A DNA stretch of 64,000 nt from Octopus bimaculoides. Lineage: Eukaryota. Location: NCBI RefSeq assembly GCF_001194135.2, contig NC_068982.1, positions 64,929,839 through 64,993,838 of the forward strand, given 5' to 3'. A program made the position numbers and the translations under genes. Numbering within the stretch: the stretch's first letter is position 1; every line of letters starts with the position of its first letter. The notes beneath the pieces are model-generated. The model searched no databases. It had not been told where the DNA came from and was given only the letters and a program-made list of their open reading frames with translations. Of this stretch, positions 13,285 to 25,402 are shown piece by piece.

Positions 13285-14287
13285 TATGTCAAGTCATTAA
13301 GAATGAAATCTCCAAATTTGAACTGAAAGTTTATTTAACTTTATCTCAACACAAAGCAATGCAGTTAATCAAAGTATGCACCTAAATTATCAACACAATT
13401 TTGCCATGTTATCAATAGCTTATTTATGTTGGCAGTGAAGAATTCTGGAGAGCAAGAGGTGATGGAATCATGAAAGGCTGTTTTTGCATCTTCAGATTTG
13501 AAGTCTTTTCTTGGCAAAAAGTTGTCTAATGCCTGGAAAATGTGATAATCAGTTGTTGCAAGGTCTGGTGAATATGGTGGATGACAGAGTACTTCCAAGC
13601 TCAGTTCCTGTCACTTGAGTAGCATTCTTTGTGCAACATGTGATCAAGCATTGTTTTGCAAGAGAATTGGCCTGTCTCTATTGACCAATCATGGTTGTTT
13701 AATTGCAAGTTCACTCATCATTTCATCCAATTGGTTGATGTATACATCCAGTGTAATTGACTTACTAGGTGTCACAAAGCTGTAGTGGACGACACCAGCA
13801 TTGGACCACCAAACAGACACCATTAGCTTCTGCTAACTCACATGTAGTTTGAGATGTATCTGCTTTCACCACAGTTTCCAGCTCATCATTATCCACCTTG
13901 TTCTCGGGTCTACTTTGGGGCTGATTTTCAAGAGTAAAGTCACCAGACAGGAACTTCTCAAACCATCGATGTACAGTGTGTTCATTTGACACATCTTCGC
14001 CAAACGTCTCATTGATGTTTCGAGCTGTTTAGGATGCATTGTTTCCACAATAGAACTCATATTCATAAACAGCACAAATTTTTGATCTATCCGTGGGTTC
14101 ACAAAAATTAATTTACAAGAGAAAACTCACAATATAACCAGACACCGTGAATTGAATTTTGAAAAGTGATGATGTAACTCTTCAATGTTGAAAAACAAAG
14201 AATTGTTAGGATAAAACATAGAGTTCACAACTGTCAAACTTGGTGCATAAAAAAATCGGACATTTCATTCTTAATGACCTGAAACAT
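13285..14287 (-). mobile_element. Internally deleted, inactive mariner (Tc1/mariner) element
   Basis: TIRs gtcaagtcattaagaatgaaatctcc (~13288-13313) and ggacatttcattcttaatgacctga (~14258-14282). Transposase remnants include HRWFEKF..LENQPQSRP, KLMVSVWWSNAGVVHY and HPPYSPDLATTDYHIFQALDNFL..WQNCVDNLGAYFD. The segment carrying the first catalytic Asp is missing. Confidence 0.9.
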
Positions 14288-14290
14288 GCA

Positions 14291-14703
14291 GTAGGTACAG
14301 TTGTGGCTGTGTGGTTAAGAAGTTTACTTCCTAACTACATGGTTTCAGGTTCAGTCTCAGTATATGGAAACTTGGGTGTTTTCTACTGTAGCCCTAGGCT
14401 GACCAAAGCTCTGTGAATAAAATTGGTTGACAGGATTTGAAAGAAGCCCTCATGAATGTATGTATATGTGTGTGTGTATGTTTGTGTCTCCTTGTCTTGA
14501 CATTGTGTGATTGTCATAAACGAATGTCATTTGTTTCCAATATTCTGAAAAAACCTGTCTGGCTATGAGGAAATACTACCTTTCTTGGAAACAAATAATA
14601 GTTGCCAACAGGAAGGGCATCCAACCATAGAAAATCTGCCTCAATAATCTCAGTCCAACCCTTGGAAGCATGGAAAAGTGGACATTAAAATGATGATGAT
14701 GAT
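14291..14703 (+). mobile_element. Family A SINE with alternative tail Y ending in (GAT)n; representative of many copies (e.g. 8875-9322, 15362-15760, 28053-28560, 46545-46970 minus, 54205-54555 minus)
   Basis: Same head as 19198. After the (TG)n run comes tail gtctccttgtcttgacat..ggaaatactaccttttcttggaaac..aggaagggcatcc..gcatggaaaagtggacattaaaatgatgat. Confidence 0.75.
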
Positions 14704-15056
14704 GTGGAATTACCATGAGAGATATCAGAGTTATGTGACACAGCATTTGTAGTATATAAGAGGGTTTTAGTTGTGTGTTAGTTATGTGTAGAAAGCTATA
14801 TTACCCTTTAAGATTTACTTAGGGACCCAGCTGAAACTTCATATATTGTGGCATGGGCAGCTACTAGTCTTCCATACTACTTTATTTAGGGTGTGTCTTA
14901 GAGATGACTCTGCCATGCACTGCAAGTTGATGCGATAAGAGTTGATGTGTTTATCAGACTTTATGATAGCCTGTTTATTTAGTAATGTGACATGATGTAA
15001 CTTAACAATGCAATGCACAAATTAAATATGCAAGTTTACATATAAATAATATATAT

Positions 15057-15089
<33 letters not shown>

Positions 15090-16459
15090 GTAAATATAAA
15101 AAAAACCAAGAACAAGCACAAGATAAAAACAACAACATGAAGACGTGATACATGCAAAGTATTAGCATATGCTCAACATCAAGTTTACATATATGGGTGA
15201 AATGAAGTCTACAAAATCACACTGTTTTACTTTTTTTTATGCATAACTTTAAGATTGTACTTTCCAATAGTGGTTATGAAGGTAATAATGTCATATAAAC
15301 TGCTAAAACAATTTACTGAATAATTTAATGTATTTATAGTTTCTGTTTTTACTATCATTCTTGCGTGGTTAAGAAGCTTGCTTTCCAATCAAATGGTTCT
15401 AGGTTTAGTCCCACTGTATGGCACCTTGTACAAGTTCTATTATAGCCCTAGGCTGACCAAAGCCTTGTGAGTGGATTTGGTACACAGAAACTGAAAGAAG
15501 CCAGCTGTGTATCTATCTATTTATCTGTGTGTGTGTGTGCATGTGCGAATTGGTGTCTCCTTGTCTTCACATCATGTTATATATGAGTTGTAAAAGTGTG
15601 TCATTGTCATACAGCGGCATTCTTTGTTTCCAATTTTCCATAAAAACATGTCTGGTTGTTGGTAAACATTACCTTACTTGAAAACAGATGAGGTTTGACT
15701 CATCAAATTCTGTCCAACCCATGCAAGTATGGAAAAGTGGGTGTTAAAATAGTGATGATATATATTAAATACAGTAATAACATGTCATATTTAAGATAAA
15801 ATCTGAAGTGTGCTGTTACAGTGTCCCATTTAATTATTGCACATGGCCAACTTTACTCTGATATGTAAATATGATGAAATCTGCCCTGAGCTTGTTTATA
15901 TTTTCTGTATGGAGTATCAAGTTTCCTCATTGACTATGAGAAAGTAAGTGTATACCAATGAGGCTTAAATGAAAGCAGAACAAATTTATCTGATCTTTCA
16001 ACCTGGCTACTGAAGGACTCTCTGGTTTAATAAGGTGTCATTTTCCACAGTGAGGTTAAAAATATGTTTATTAAACATATGGTTGTAACATGTTTATATA
16101 TTTAGCCTCAAGAAACATACTGTAATAAGTAAAAGCATCTTCCTTCAGTTTCAACAATCACTATTCCAGTTGTTTGCTCAACTGAACAACCTGTTTGTTG
16201 TATTAGCATTGTAAGCAGCTGAGTATTCTACACATACATGTGCCCTTAAAATTATCCTCAGGTAGACATTTAAATTACAAGTACAGTTCATGTGACAAGC
16301 TCCTGCATAGTTTCCATGTACTGTTTTTCTCACAAAGCTTAGATCAACTGGAAACTCTGTTTGAAGACATTTTTTTTAAGATGTCACACAGTGGGATTAA
16401 ACCTGGGATCTCCTGATTGCAAAGTGAAGATTTTAACTATGCGTGCATGTGCGTGCATG

Positions 16460-16582
<123 letters not shown>

Positions 16583-17323
16583 ACACTTTTATGTTTATAT
16601 ATAGTGTGTTTTGCTCAAGCCCAGGTCAATCAAAGCTTTGATAGTAGATTTGGTTGGCAGACACTGAAAGAAGCTTGTTGTGTGTGTGTGTATGTGTGTG
16701 TGAGTGGGTTTGTGGTTCCTTTGTTTTCATGTTGCACAGTAGTTATTGGAACGATTCCAATTTTCTCTGAAAACATATCTGGCCATGGGGAAATAATACC
16801 TTGTTTGGAAAGAGGTGAGGGTTGGTGACAAGAAGGGCATCTGGCTGTAGAAAATCTGCCTCAGTAAATCCCATATCTGTGCAAGAATGGGAAAGTGGAT
16901 GTTAAATTCCTTTTATTCTTTTACTTGTTTCAGTCATTTGATTGTGGCTATGCTGGAGCACCACCTTGAAAGGTTTTAGTTGAAGAAATTGACTCCAGGA
17001 TTCATTTTAAAGCCTAGTACTTATTCTATTGGTCTCTTTTGCTGAAGCATTAAGTTCTGGGGACATAAACACACAAACGTTGGTTGCCAAGTGGTGATGG
17101 GACACACACACAAACGTTGGTTGCCAAGTGGTGATGGGACACACACACACACATATATGACAAGCTTCTTTCAGTTTTCATCTACCAAATCCACTTACAG
17201 GGCTTTGATCTGCCTAAGGCTGTAGTAGAAGACACTTGCCCAAGGTGCTGCACAGTGGGACTGAACCTGGAACCATGCAGTTGGGAAGCAAGTTTCTTGC
17301 CACACCTGCACCTAAAATTGGTG

Positions 17324-17358
<35 letters not shown>

Positions 17359-17395
17359 AGGATGGTAAGTCTTGAAGAAGATAAAGCTATAGATA

Positions 17396-17537
17396 TTAGT
17401 GTGTAAAGAATGGGTTAAAAACTCCTTATATAAAAAAATTTGAAGCTACACATAGAACCTATATCTTTTGTAAACATGTATCCAGGCTTCAACTTTTTTG
17501 ATAGAAAGGGTTTTTTAACCCAATATTTTCACACTAA
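17396..17537. mobile_element. Small hairpin MITE-like element with ~50-bp imperfect inverted arms
   Basis: ttagtgtgtaaagaatgggttaaaaactccttatataaaaaaatttgaagct (17396-17447) versus ggcttcaacttttttgatagaaagggttttttaacccaatattttcacactaa (17485-17537). Confidence 0.55.
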
Positions 17538-18239
17538 CTTTATACGCTTTGAGATTCATCATTCCAAAGAAGAATTATTTCACCTTCTCAAAGTTCCTAA
17601 ATTCTTATGACGTCAAAAACATAATAATCACATTAAAACTACTCTAGTAGTTTTACTGTTACATTATATTTTTTTATTAATATAATCATCTGATCTTTTT
17701 ATTCATTCAAAATTGCTCGTTTCAAACCTTCACAATAAATTATTTAAAAAAAAATTCATGACAGTTTTCACACTTAGAAAACAATAGTTTTGCATGAATT
17801 TAAAACTGAACACAAATATTGTTTGTCATTCTTCTTGTAATACAGAAATTATTTTTAAACTGCTAATATTTGGATAATTTTAAAAAAAATATCTTAACAA
17901 CATTTAAATTATGATTTTATCATCTTTTATTAAATATTTTTCTACTCTTCACCGTTTACATAATGTTTGTTTGTTTTTTGTAGAAACTTTCTATTGTATA
18001 TATAGAAATACAATAACAAAAAAATTCCATTGAATGGTATTGTATAGAAAATGTTTACTATAGTTTCAGTTTACCATCTGAAATAATACATACCTTAATA
18101 TGTACTGTTTTTTTTTCTGGAACAAATTGTCTTGTGTGTGATTAACTTGCTTGGTGTTGTTAGACTTATGTATGAACTCTATCAGAAAATGTCTGCTGAT
18201 GTTTTCTACTTCAAACCTAACAACTGACCAACTAATTAA

Positions 18240-18551
18240 TTGTTTTCATGTCATGGCATACCTTTCTGAGTCAGCTATTGTTTTAAATTGCACAATTGCT
18301 CTGAAGTCTTAAATAAAATTCTGATCAATTTTGACAACTAACCTGCCTGAGCCTACTCTTGATTGTCTGATATAAACTTTCTGATTAAAGTCATCTAAAT
18401 TAGAGCTTTTTATTAACATTCCATGTTAATTTGTTTCAAACACCAGGTTAATAATCACAAAATTATTTTAATAAATTCTTTATTATTTTCAAAATCAATT
18501 GAAATAAAGGCAGTTACCATATTTCAGCAGAAATATGGTAACAAGGGTTAA
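18240..18551 (-). mobile_element. Second TTAA-ended AT-rich non-autonomous element (related remnants at ~42820-42950 and ~57495-57690)
   Basis: Ends ..ggtaacaagggTTAA. A shared internal block (ggtgtttggaac..aaattaa..ttttaattt) occurs in three places. Confidence 0.45.
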
Positions 18552-19197
18552 TTTGTAACTTTTATGTGAACATATGAATATGCTCTCTGTGCATTTCAAT
18601 TAATTTTGAAAACACTAAAAAAATTTGTTGGTATTACATAAAGTAATTAATTTTTTCATTAGAAACCCTTTTATGATGATATCTCTAATGAAATATACTG
18701 ACTATGTTTATACTAATTTGGAAAATAATTAAGAATTTTGTTGCATTATAACTTTTACATATATTTCTATATTTAACTTAGATATTTTTTCCCCTAAAAT
18801 TATGTTGCAAAATTTTAATTTAAACATGAATTCTTTAAAATTCTTAATTTTTGATCATAGGGCTAGAAGCATTCTCAGTTGGGTTGAGGTCAGAATGAAT
18901 AATAGGTTCAGCTACAGTAAAATTTAGCAAAAATTAACTGCAGAATTAATAGAAATAGGAGGTTGGCAAAAAAAAAGACTATAAATTAGAAACCGATTAT
19001 TAGTGCTGACTGATTTAAATGAAAGCCTTTGTCGAGTTAATACCTTGATCATAATCTAAATATTTGTCATTCAGAGCAAACTAATCATATACATATTTCC
19101 TTCACGTAGTTACTAGCTATAACATGTTTGCTTTTCGCTACCACGTAGCTGCCAGATGAACCATGAATATGATGGTGACTGTTGTCACATGGTTGAT

Positions 19198-19388
19198 GTA
19201 GGCGTAGGAGTGGCTGTGTGGTAAGTAGCTTGCTTACCAACCACATGGTTCCGGGTTCAGTCCCACTGCGTGGCACCTTGGGCAAGTGTCTTCTACTATA
19301 GCCTCGGGCTGACCAAAGCCTTGTGAGTGGATTTGGTAGACGGAAACTGAAAGAAGCCCGTCATATATATGTATGTATATATATATAT

Positions 19389-19424
<36 letters not shown>

Positions 19425-19720
19425 GAGTGTGTGTATATGTTTGTGTGTCTGTGTTTGTCCCTCCAACATCGCTTGACAACCGATGCTAGTGTGTTTACAT
19501 CCCCGTAACTTAGCGGTTCGGCTAAAGAGACCGATAGAATAAGTACTAGGCTTACGAAGAATAAGTCCTGGGGTCGATTAGNNNNNNNNNNGTCCCACTG
19601 CGTGGCACCTTGGGCAAGTGTCTTCTACTATAGCCTCGGGCTGACCAAAGCCTTGTGAGTGGATTTGGTAGACGGAAACTGAAAGAAGCCCGTCATATAT
19701 ATGTATGTATATATATATAT

Positions 19721-19756
<36 letters not shown>

Positions 19757-19976
19757 GAGTGTGTGTATATGTTTGTGTGTCTGTGTTTGTCCCTCCAACA
19801 TCGCTTGACAACCGATGCTAGTGTGTTTACATCCCCGTAACTTAGCGGTTCGGCTAAAGAGACCGATAGAATAAGTACTAGGCTTACGAAGAATAAGTCC
19901 TGGGGTCGATTAGCTTGACTAAAAAGGCGGTGCTCCAGCATGGCCACAGTTAAATGACTGAAACAAGTAAAAGAGT
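19198..19976 (+). mobile_element. Best-preserved family A SINE with tail X; 322 bp are duplicated across a 10-N gap (assembly artefact)
   Basis: ggcgtaggagtggctgtgtggtaag..ggttccgggttcagtcccactgcgtggcaccttgggcaagtgtctt. The CCTTGGGCAAGT block resembles the CORE-SINE domain (CORE-type OR1/OR2 SINEs are described in octopus; family identity not verified). Confidence 0.85.
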
Positions 19977-20564
19977 AGTGACTACAAGTACTCTTATAGC
20001 AGTAACTACAGTTTCCATATAAATGTTTCAAAATTTTGGCACAAAGCCAGTAGTTTTAGTAGGGAGGAACAAGTCTATTACATTTACCCCAATTCTTGTC
20101 TGGTACTTCATTTGATTGACCCTGGAAGGATGAAAGCAAAGTTGACCTAAGCAAAATTTGAAATGAGAATAACTGCCACTAAGTATTTTGCTGAATGTGC
20201 TAAAAATTCTGCCAGCTGACCATATGAAACAGTGATCCATTTGTTTACAGAAGTAAACTGCACTTCTACTCACAGCTCAGTGGACTAGGACATTTAGAGT
20301 TAAGTGTTTTCATCAATGACACAGCATTGATAATGAGATACAGACTATTAACACATGGTCTGGTAACCCAGTATTCTGTCATCACATCTAGCTCTGACTC
20401 TTACAGTTTCTCATTAATATTTCAAACATTTTGCACCTTCATCCCCTTGTGATGTGATAGATGGCTGTTAATGCCTGTACTCAGCTAAGTGAAATGTGTA
20501 CAGTTAACATCATTTTCCCCTTGCTGCTTATGTAGTTCCAGTTTGGCTTTTAATGTTCTTTATA

Positions 20565-20739
20565 TTAACCCTTTGGCATTAAAATTATTCTGTCAAAAGT
20601 AATGCTTATTTATTCACATTGTTTTGAATTAATCATGCATTATTTTGTAGCTTTGAGATTTTGATGAGGTAACAGTTTATTTTTAGAGTGATGTTGTAGG
20701 GTTGGTGTGAAGGGTCACATCTGGCCAGTTTGAACATAT
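20565..20739 (+). mobile_element. piggyBac-like MITE copy, 3'-truncated
   Basis: TTAAccctttggcatt..., homologous to the family up to gtttgaacata. Confidence 0.7.
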
Positions 20740-21249
20740 CTTAATAATACTAACCCCAATCTGTTGTTTTTACATGGAAGACATTTTTGAATTGTTTTTT
20801 TTTATATTTTTTATTTTTTACTAGTTTCAGTCATTGGACTCTGGCCATGCTGGGGAACAACCTTCAGAGATTTTAGTCAATCGTATCAACACCAATACTT
20901 GTTTCAGCCTGGTACTTACTTTATTGATTTCTATTTACTGAATGGCTAAGATATGTTTTTCAACGTACAGGAACAAGGAATGCAACTCAACACATCAGCT
21001 TATATTGGTGAACATCATCACAGACATAAGTACAGTTGCAACACATACACACACATATACTTATATGTATATACAACAGGCTTCTGCATATTTTCGGCCT
21101 AGCAAATTTCACAGAACAGATATTGGACAGACATAAGCTAAACTAAAAGACATTTGACCAAAATGCATGCAAGGGATTAAGTCTGGAACCACAGGGTTCT
21201 AAAGCAAAATTCTTAACCTCATGACAATAAACTTGCAGCTATGAAGCAT

Positions 21250-21459
21250 ATAACTTTCTAGCATTCAGATTATTCAAATGTAATACTCATTTAATTCACA
21301 TTATTTTGAATGATAGCTTTGAGATTTCAATGATGTGATTGTTTATTTTTAGAATGACATTGTTGGTTAGGTGTGAAAGACCAGATCTGGCCAGTTTGAA
21401 CATAAAACAGGTAGAATATATAGGCTGGGATATGACTGGTTTAAATGTTAAAGGATTAA
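21250..21459 (+). mobile_element. piggyBac-like MITE copy
   Basis: taactttctagcattcagatta...ggtttaaatgttaaaggaTTAA. Confidence 0.7.
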
Positions 21460-21552
21460 TTTTTAAACAATTCAATTTTTCCCCACATTAACACATGTAC
21501 ATTTATGTAATGATTCTTTCATCATTACTTCAGCAAATGTGGTAAAAACTAT

Positions 21553-21596
21553 GCTTCACTGATGAGGTGAGAATAAGATTGAAACATATCTGGAGC
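21553..21596 (+). ncRNA. Degenerate minimal type-I hammerhead-ribozyme-like motif
   Basis: GCTTCA-CTGATGA-G..TT-GAAAC-ATA-TC-TGGAGC. Stem I is GCTTCA/TGGAGC (5 WC + 1 GU) and both catalytic boxes are present; stems II and III are weak. Confidence 0.4.
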
Positions 21597-22294
21597 TGAC
21601 TCCAATATTTACTGAAAACTGAAGAAAAAAGCCATTAATATACATGTATGGGTACATGAGTTCCTATTTCCCCTGTCTTCATGTATGTTTACTGGTTGCA
21701 AACAATGGCCTTATTGAGTGTCCTTGTTTCCAGTTCACTGCAAAAGCATGTCCAGGCTTCTTGACATGATGCACAATCTTTGTAAAACAAAAGGTTTGTT
21801 CATATATTGTCATTCGTTTTCAGTTCTCTGCATAATCATATCTGGACTGTTTGAAAGACTGGGAGATTGTAAGCTCGCTTGGAAACAAGTGGTCGGGTTG
21901 GTAACAGGAAGGGCATCTGACTATAGAAAACTCTACCTGACGTATTCTTGCCTGACCTATGTAGGCTTGGAAAAGTAGATATTAAAACAATGATAATAAT
22001 GATAAAGCTCTTTTTTGTATATTTATTTCTAGTGTAAAATTTTTAATGTTTCATGCATTACATGTCCACACTAACTCACATAGAGTTAATATACCCTGCT
22101 TAAGGTTATAATACACAAACAGTAATATGTTTTAAATCATGGGCCTTTTTTAATTTCTAATTATGTTTATCAAAAAATAAAAATAGCTTATACACTTTAT
22201 GAAATATTTGATAATTATATTTGGCATATAAATTTTTTTATTTAGTAATCCATTATTATTATTATTATTCGTTTTTTTAAAAATTCTCTTTCAG

Positions 22295-22375
22295 AGCACT
22301 GGAGATTCACTTGATGATGAAGATGAGGGTGACAAGATTGCCTTAGAGACAAAAAGGAATACCACGTTTAATGAG
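22295..22375 (+). CDS. PAWR: Internal coding exon of a Par-4/PAWR-like gene (STGDSLDDEDEGDKIALETKRNTTFNE), phase 0-0
   Basis: Acceptor ttctctttcag at 22294 and donor GAG|gtaatt at 22376. The exon is 81 nt and open. The acidic run and NTTFNE end resemble human Par-4 LDEYEDDE...QNTIQNE (recalled from memory). It splices in frame to the next three exons. Confidence 0.8.
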
Positions 22376-22506
22376 GTAATTCATGCAGATAATCGGAATT
22401 CCACTATGGCATCTGATGTAAGTTGCACCAAGCCTTCCTTTGTTTTGTCTCTTATATAATGGATGATAATAAAGAATGGCCTTCATCTGAAACTGGTTGA
22501 AATATA

Positions 22507-22550
<44 letters not shown>

Positions 22551-23120
22551 ATGGCTTTGGAAATATGCATTGATCAGATGAGAATATTCCATTTATTCTG
22601 CATCTGTGGGATTGTGGTTGGAGATAAAACCTTTGAAATATTGTGATGCAATAAAGGCCTGAGGGAACAATCTTAGTTAATTAATACAGACATACATGTG
22701 TGTGTGTGTGTGCACTGATAGAAAATATACATACATCAGTGCTTATAATTATCATATAAGTACACACACACACACACACACACACATGTATTTATGCGTC
22801 AAAGGCTATAATACATATATAAGTATAGGTACAGAACATGGGTATGTAGATAAGGAGTTAATTTCCCAACTTCATGCTTTCGGGTTCATTTTCACTGTAT
22901 AGGATCTTGGGTAAGTGTCTTCTATTATAGCTCCAAGCCTTATAAATGAATTTGGTAGCTGGAAACTGAAAGAGGCCTGTGTGTGTGTGTGTGTTCTTGT
23001 GTCTCCTTGTTTTGACATCATCTGACAGTTGTAAATGAGTGTCACTGTCATTTAAGTGGAGACATTTGTTTGCAATTACTGTGTAAACATACCTGGCCAT
23101 GAAGAATTGCTTGAAAACAG

Positions 23121-23160
<40 letters not shown>

Positions 23161-24723
23161 AGGTTTCCATACAATTTCCAGTTACTATCTCTACACACAA
23201 TGCAATTGTCAACCTGGAACTATACATAGTTGAAGACATTTGCCCTGGATATTGTGAAGTGAGGGAGAGATCTCGAAACCATATGGTTATGATGTGAACT
23301 CTGTATCTACACAACGATGTCTACAAACATCCATCCCAATGCACACAAATTGATAGAAGCTTCTAAACTACAAGGCAGAAATGTTAGGGAAGATGTAAAG
23401 TGTAGGTTTTCACACATTTGTAGCCTTACATTAAAAAGTAGATATTGTGTCTGGGCAACATGTTTTTCACTTTGTGATCGGGAAAGGGGAGTGTTACCTG
23501 ACTAGTTGCAGTATTTTTATACCACTTTCTCAGAGATCAGTTCCTCATTTTTCCTGATCACTGTGATAATTGTAGTTTATAGTTATTTAGTTCACACAAA
23601 TTTGGTTAGAACTAAAATGATCTACTAAATTTGTTGTGGAAATGACCATTATCATCATCATCATCATCATCATTTAACTTCCATACCCCAAGGTTTGGAC
23701 AGTTTGCCAGGATCTGATGGGCTCAAGGACTGCACTGTATTCCAGTGTCTGTTTTGGAATGGTGTCTATGGCTGAATGTCCTTATTAATGCCAACTCCTT
23801 TACAATGTGTACTGGCTGCTTTTTTTTTCTTCTTTTTTTGTGCCACCAGCACTAGTGAGGTTAGCATGCAGCTTGTGACACTACAGACCTGAAGTGGTTT
23901 GATAAATAAACCGAAAGAGTCAATTTCAAAAATATACATACAAAGAAAACCTTTCTGGGCACCTAAATGTTTCTTGCCACTATTTATTTCTTTAGCTGAT
24001 AAGGAAAGGGACAGATTCCTATGAAATCACTCTAAGAACCTGTTGACCATGAGGGGTTGATTATAAAACAACTGAAACATACAAAGGAAAGAAATCAGGT
24101 TCATATTAAAGAAAATAGGCATATGTTTTTACCTTATGATAACTATCCTGGGACATCTAGATATATCTGTGATTACTTACAGATATATCAGCTGGTACAA
24201 AAAAATACAGGTAAAATCTTGCAGTAAATAGCAGTCAGCCACGAGAAGTTTAATGTAAAGTGACTGGAACATTCATGGATAATGAAGTCAGTGAAAAAAA
24301 ATCCTGCTTACTGAAGTAATTAAAATACTTCCAGAGTATTCTATTAGGAAAGGTAATAAGCTAGAAGACTTCAAATACTTTAGAATGATTTATATGGTAT
24401 CTTGACACATAAAGGCTGCTCAAGGCATATCTTAATTTGTCTGATTAATGGTCAACAATTAGTATGTGAATATATGTGTTAACATATAGCATATAAAGGT
24501 AATCATAAACTATTCCTAACAACAGTGAATTCATTGCCATTTCAAAGAACTTCTGGAAAGAAACTATAATCGTTTGATTTACTCAAAGACAGTAAACAAA
24601 AACAAAGGAATATCATATCATTATTTTACTTATGGGAAAACAATCAGACTATGCTGAGAACTTTCCTAATCTTGTAATCGTAGACCTTTTTACATTTACA
24701 GCTCTTGGAATTTACATATAGCT

Positions 24724-25402
24724 TAGTTGTATTTTTGTAAGAGTTGTTTGGTTTCTAATCTTCCATTTGAATTAATGACATGTAAATGAAATAAGTGGGC
24801 ACATCACCAAAAGAGAAATAGGTTTTGTGGACATGGCATCAGTCTTAAGATTAGAAGTAAGCAGCTTTATGTTGAGCTGAGATCATGGCCTAGTATTGAT
24901 TGGTAGCCTAGTGAATCTCATTGACTTCACTGATGCCATAAGGAAAGGCATAAATGTCCCTTATTCTATGAAGTCTTCATATGTGTTGTTGTTGTTGTTA
25001 CTTCCCGTGAGGTCTTCTTAGTAAAAAAAAAAAATATTACTCCATGATATTAACCTTGTCAACAGATCAAATACTAAGAACCTGATAGGGGCTTGTTCTG
25101 CTATCTCCAGAGCACAGATTTTCATCTTAGGAAGTTAATGGATCTGAATATCATTAGCGACTGTCTGACATCAAAAGCAATCACTTTCTGACCATCTTTA
25201 AGATGTTACAGCATATGTTAGGAAAAAGAAAGTGATTTATTGATTCTGCTCAGACAAAGATTATTTACTTCTTCAGTATTAGGAATTACATATTCTGACC
25301 AATAATGAGTATCCATTGATAAATATCTCTTTAGTTTTATTTTTACATGAGTTGTTGTATTCCTAATCATCCATTTGAATTAATGACATGTAAATGAAAT
25401 AA
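24724..25402 (+). repeat. 71-bp direct repeat pair (24724-24794 and 25332-25402), offset 608 bp
   Basis: 62/71 identical without gaps. The last 32 bp (CCATTTGAATTAATGACATGTAAATGAAATAA) are identical. Confidence 0.85.

Noticed and set aside
17069-17145. 37-bp tandem duplication inside a SINE
   Set aside because: Bounded by (CA)n on both sides, so it is ordinary slippage.
19260-19913. 322-bp tandem duplication (19260-19581 / 19592-19913)
   Set aside because: The copies are identical, including microsatellite length, and are separated by exactly ten Ns. This is an unmerged contig overlap, not biology.
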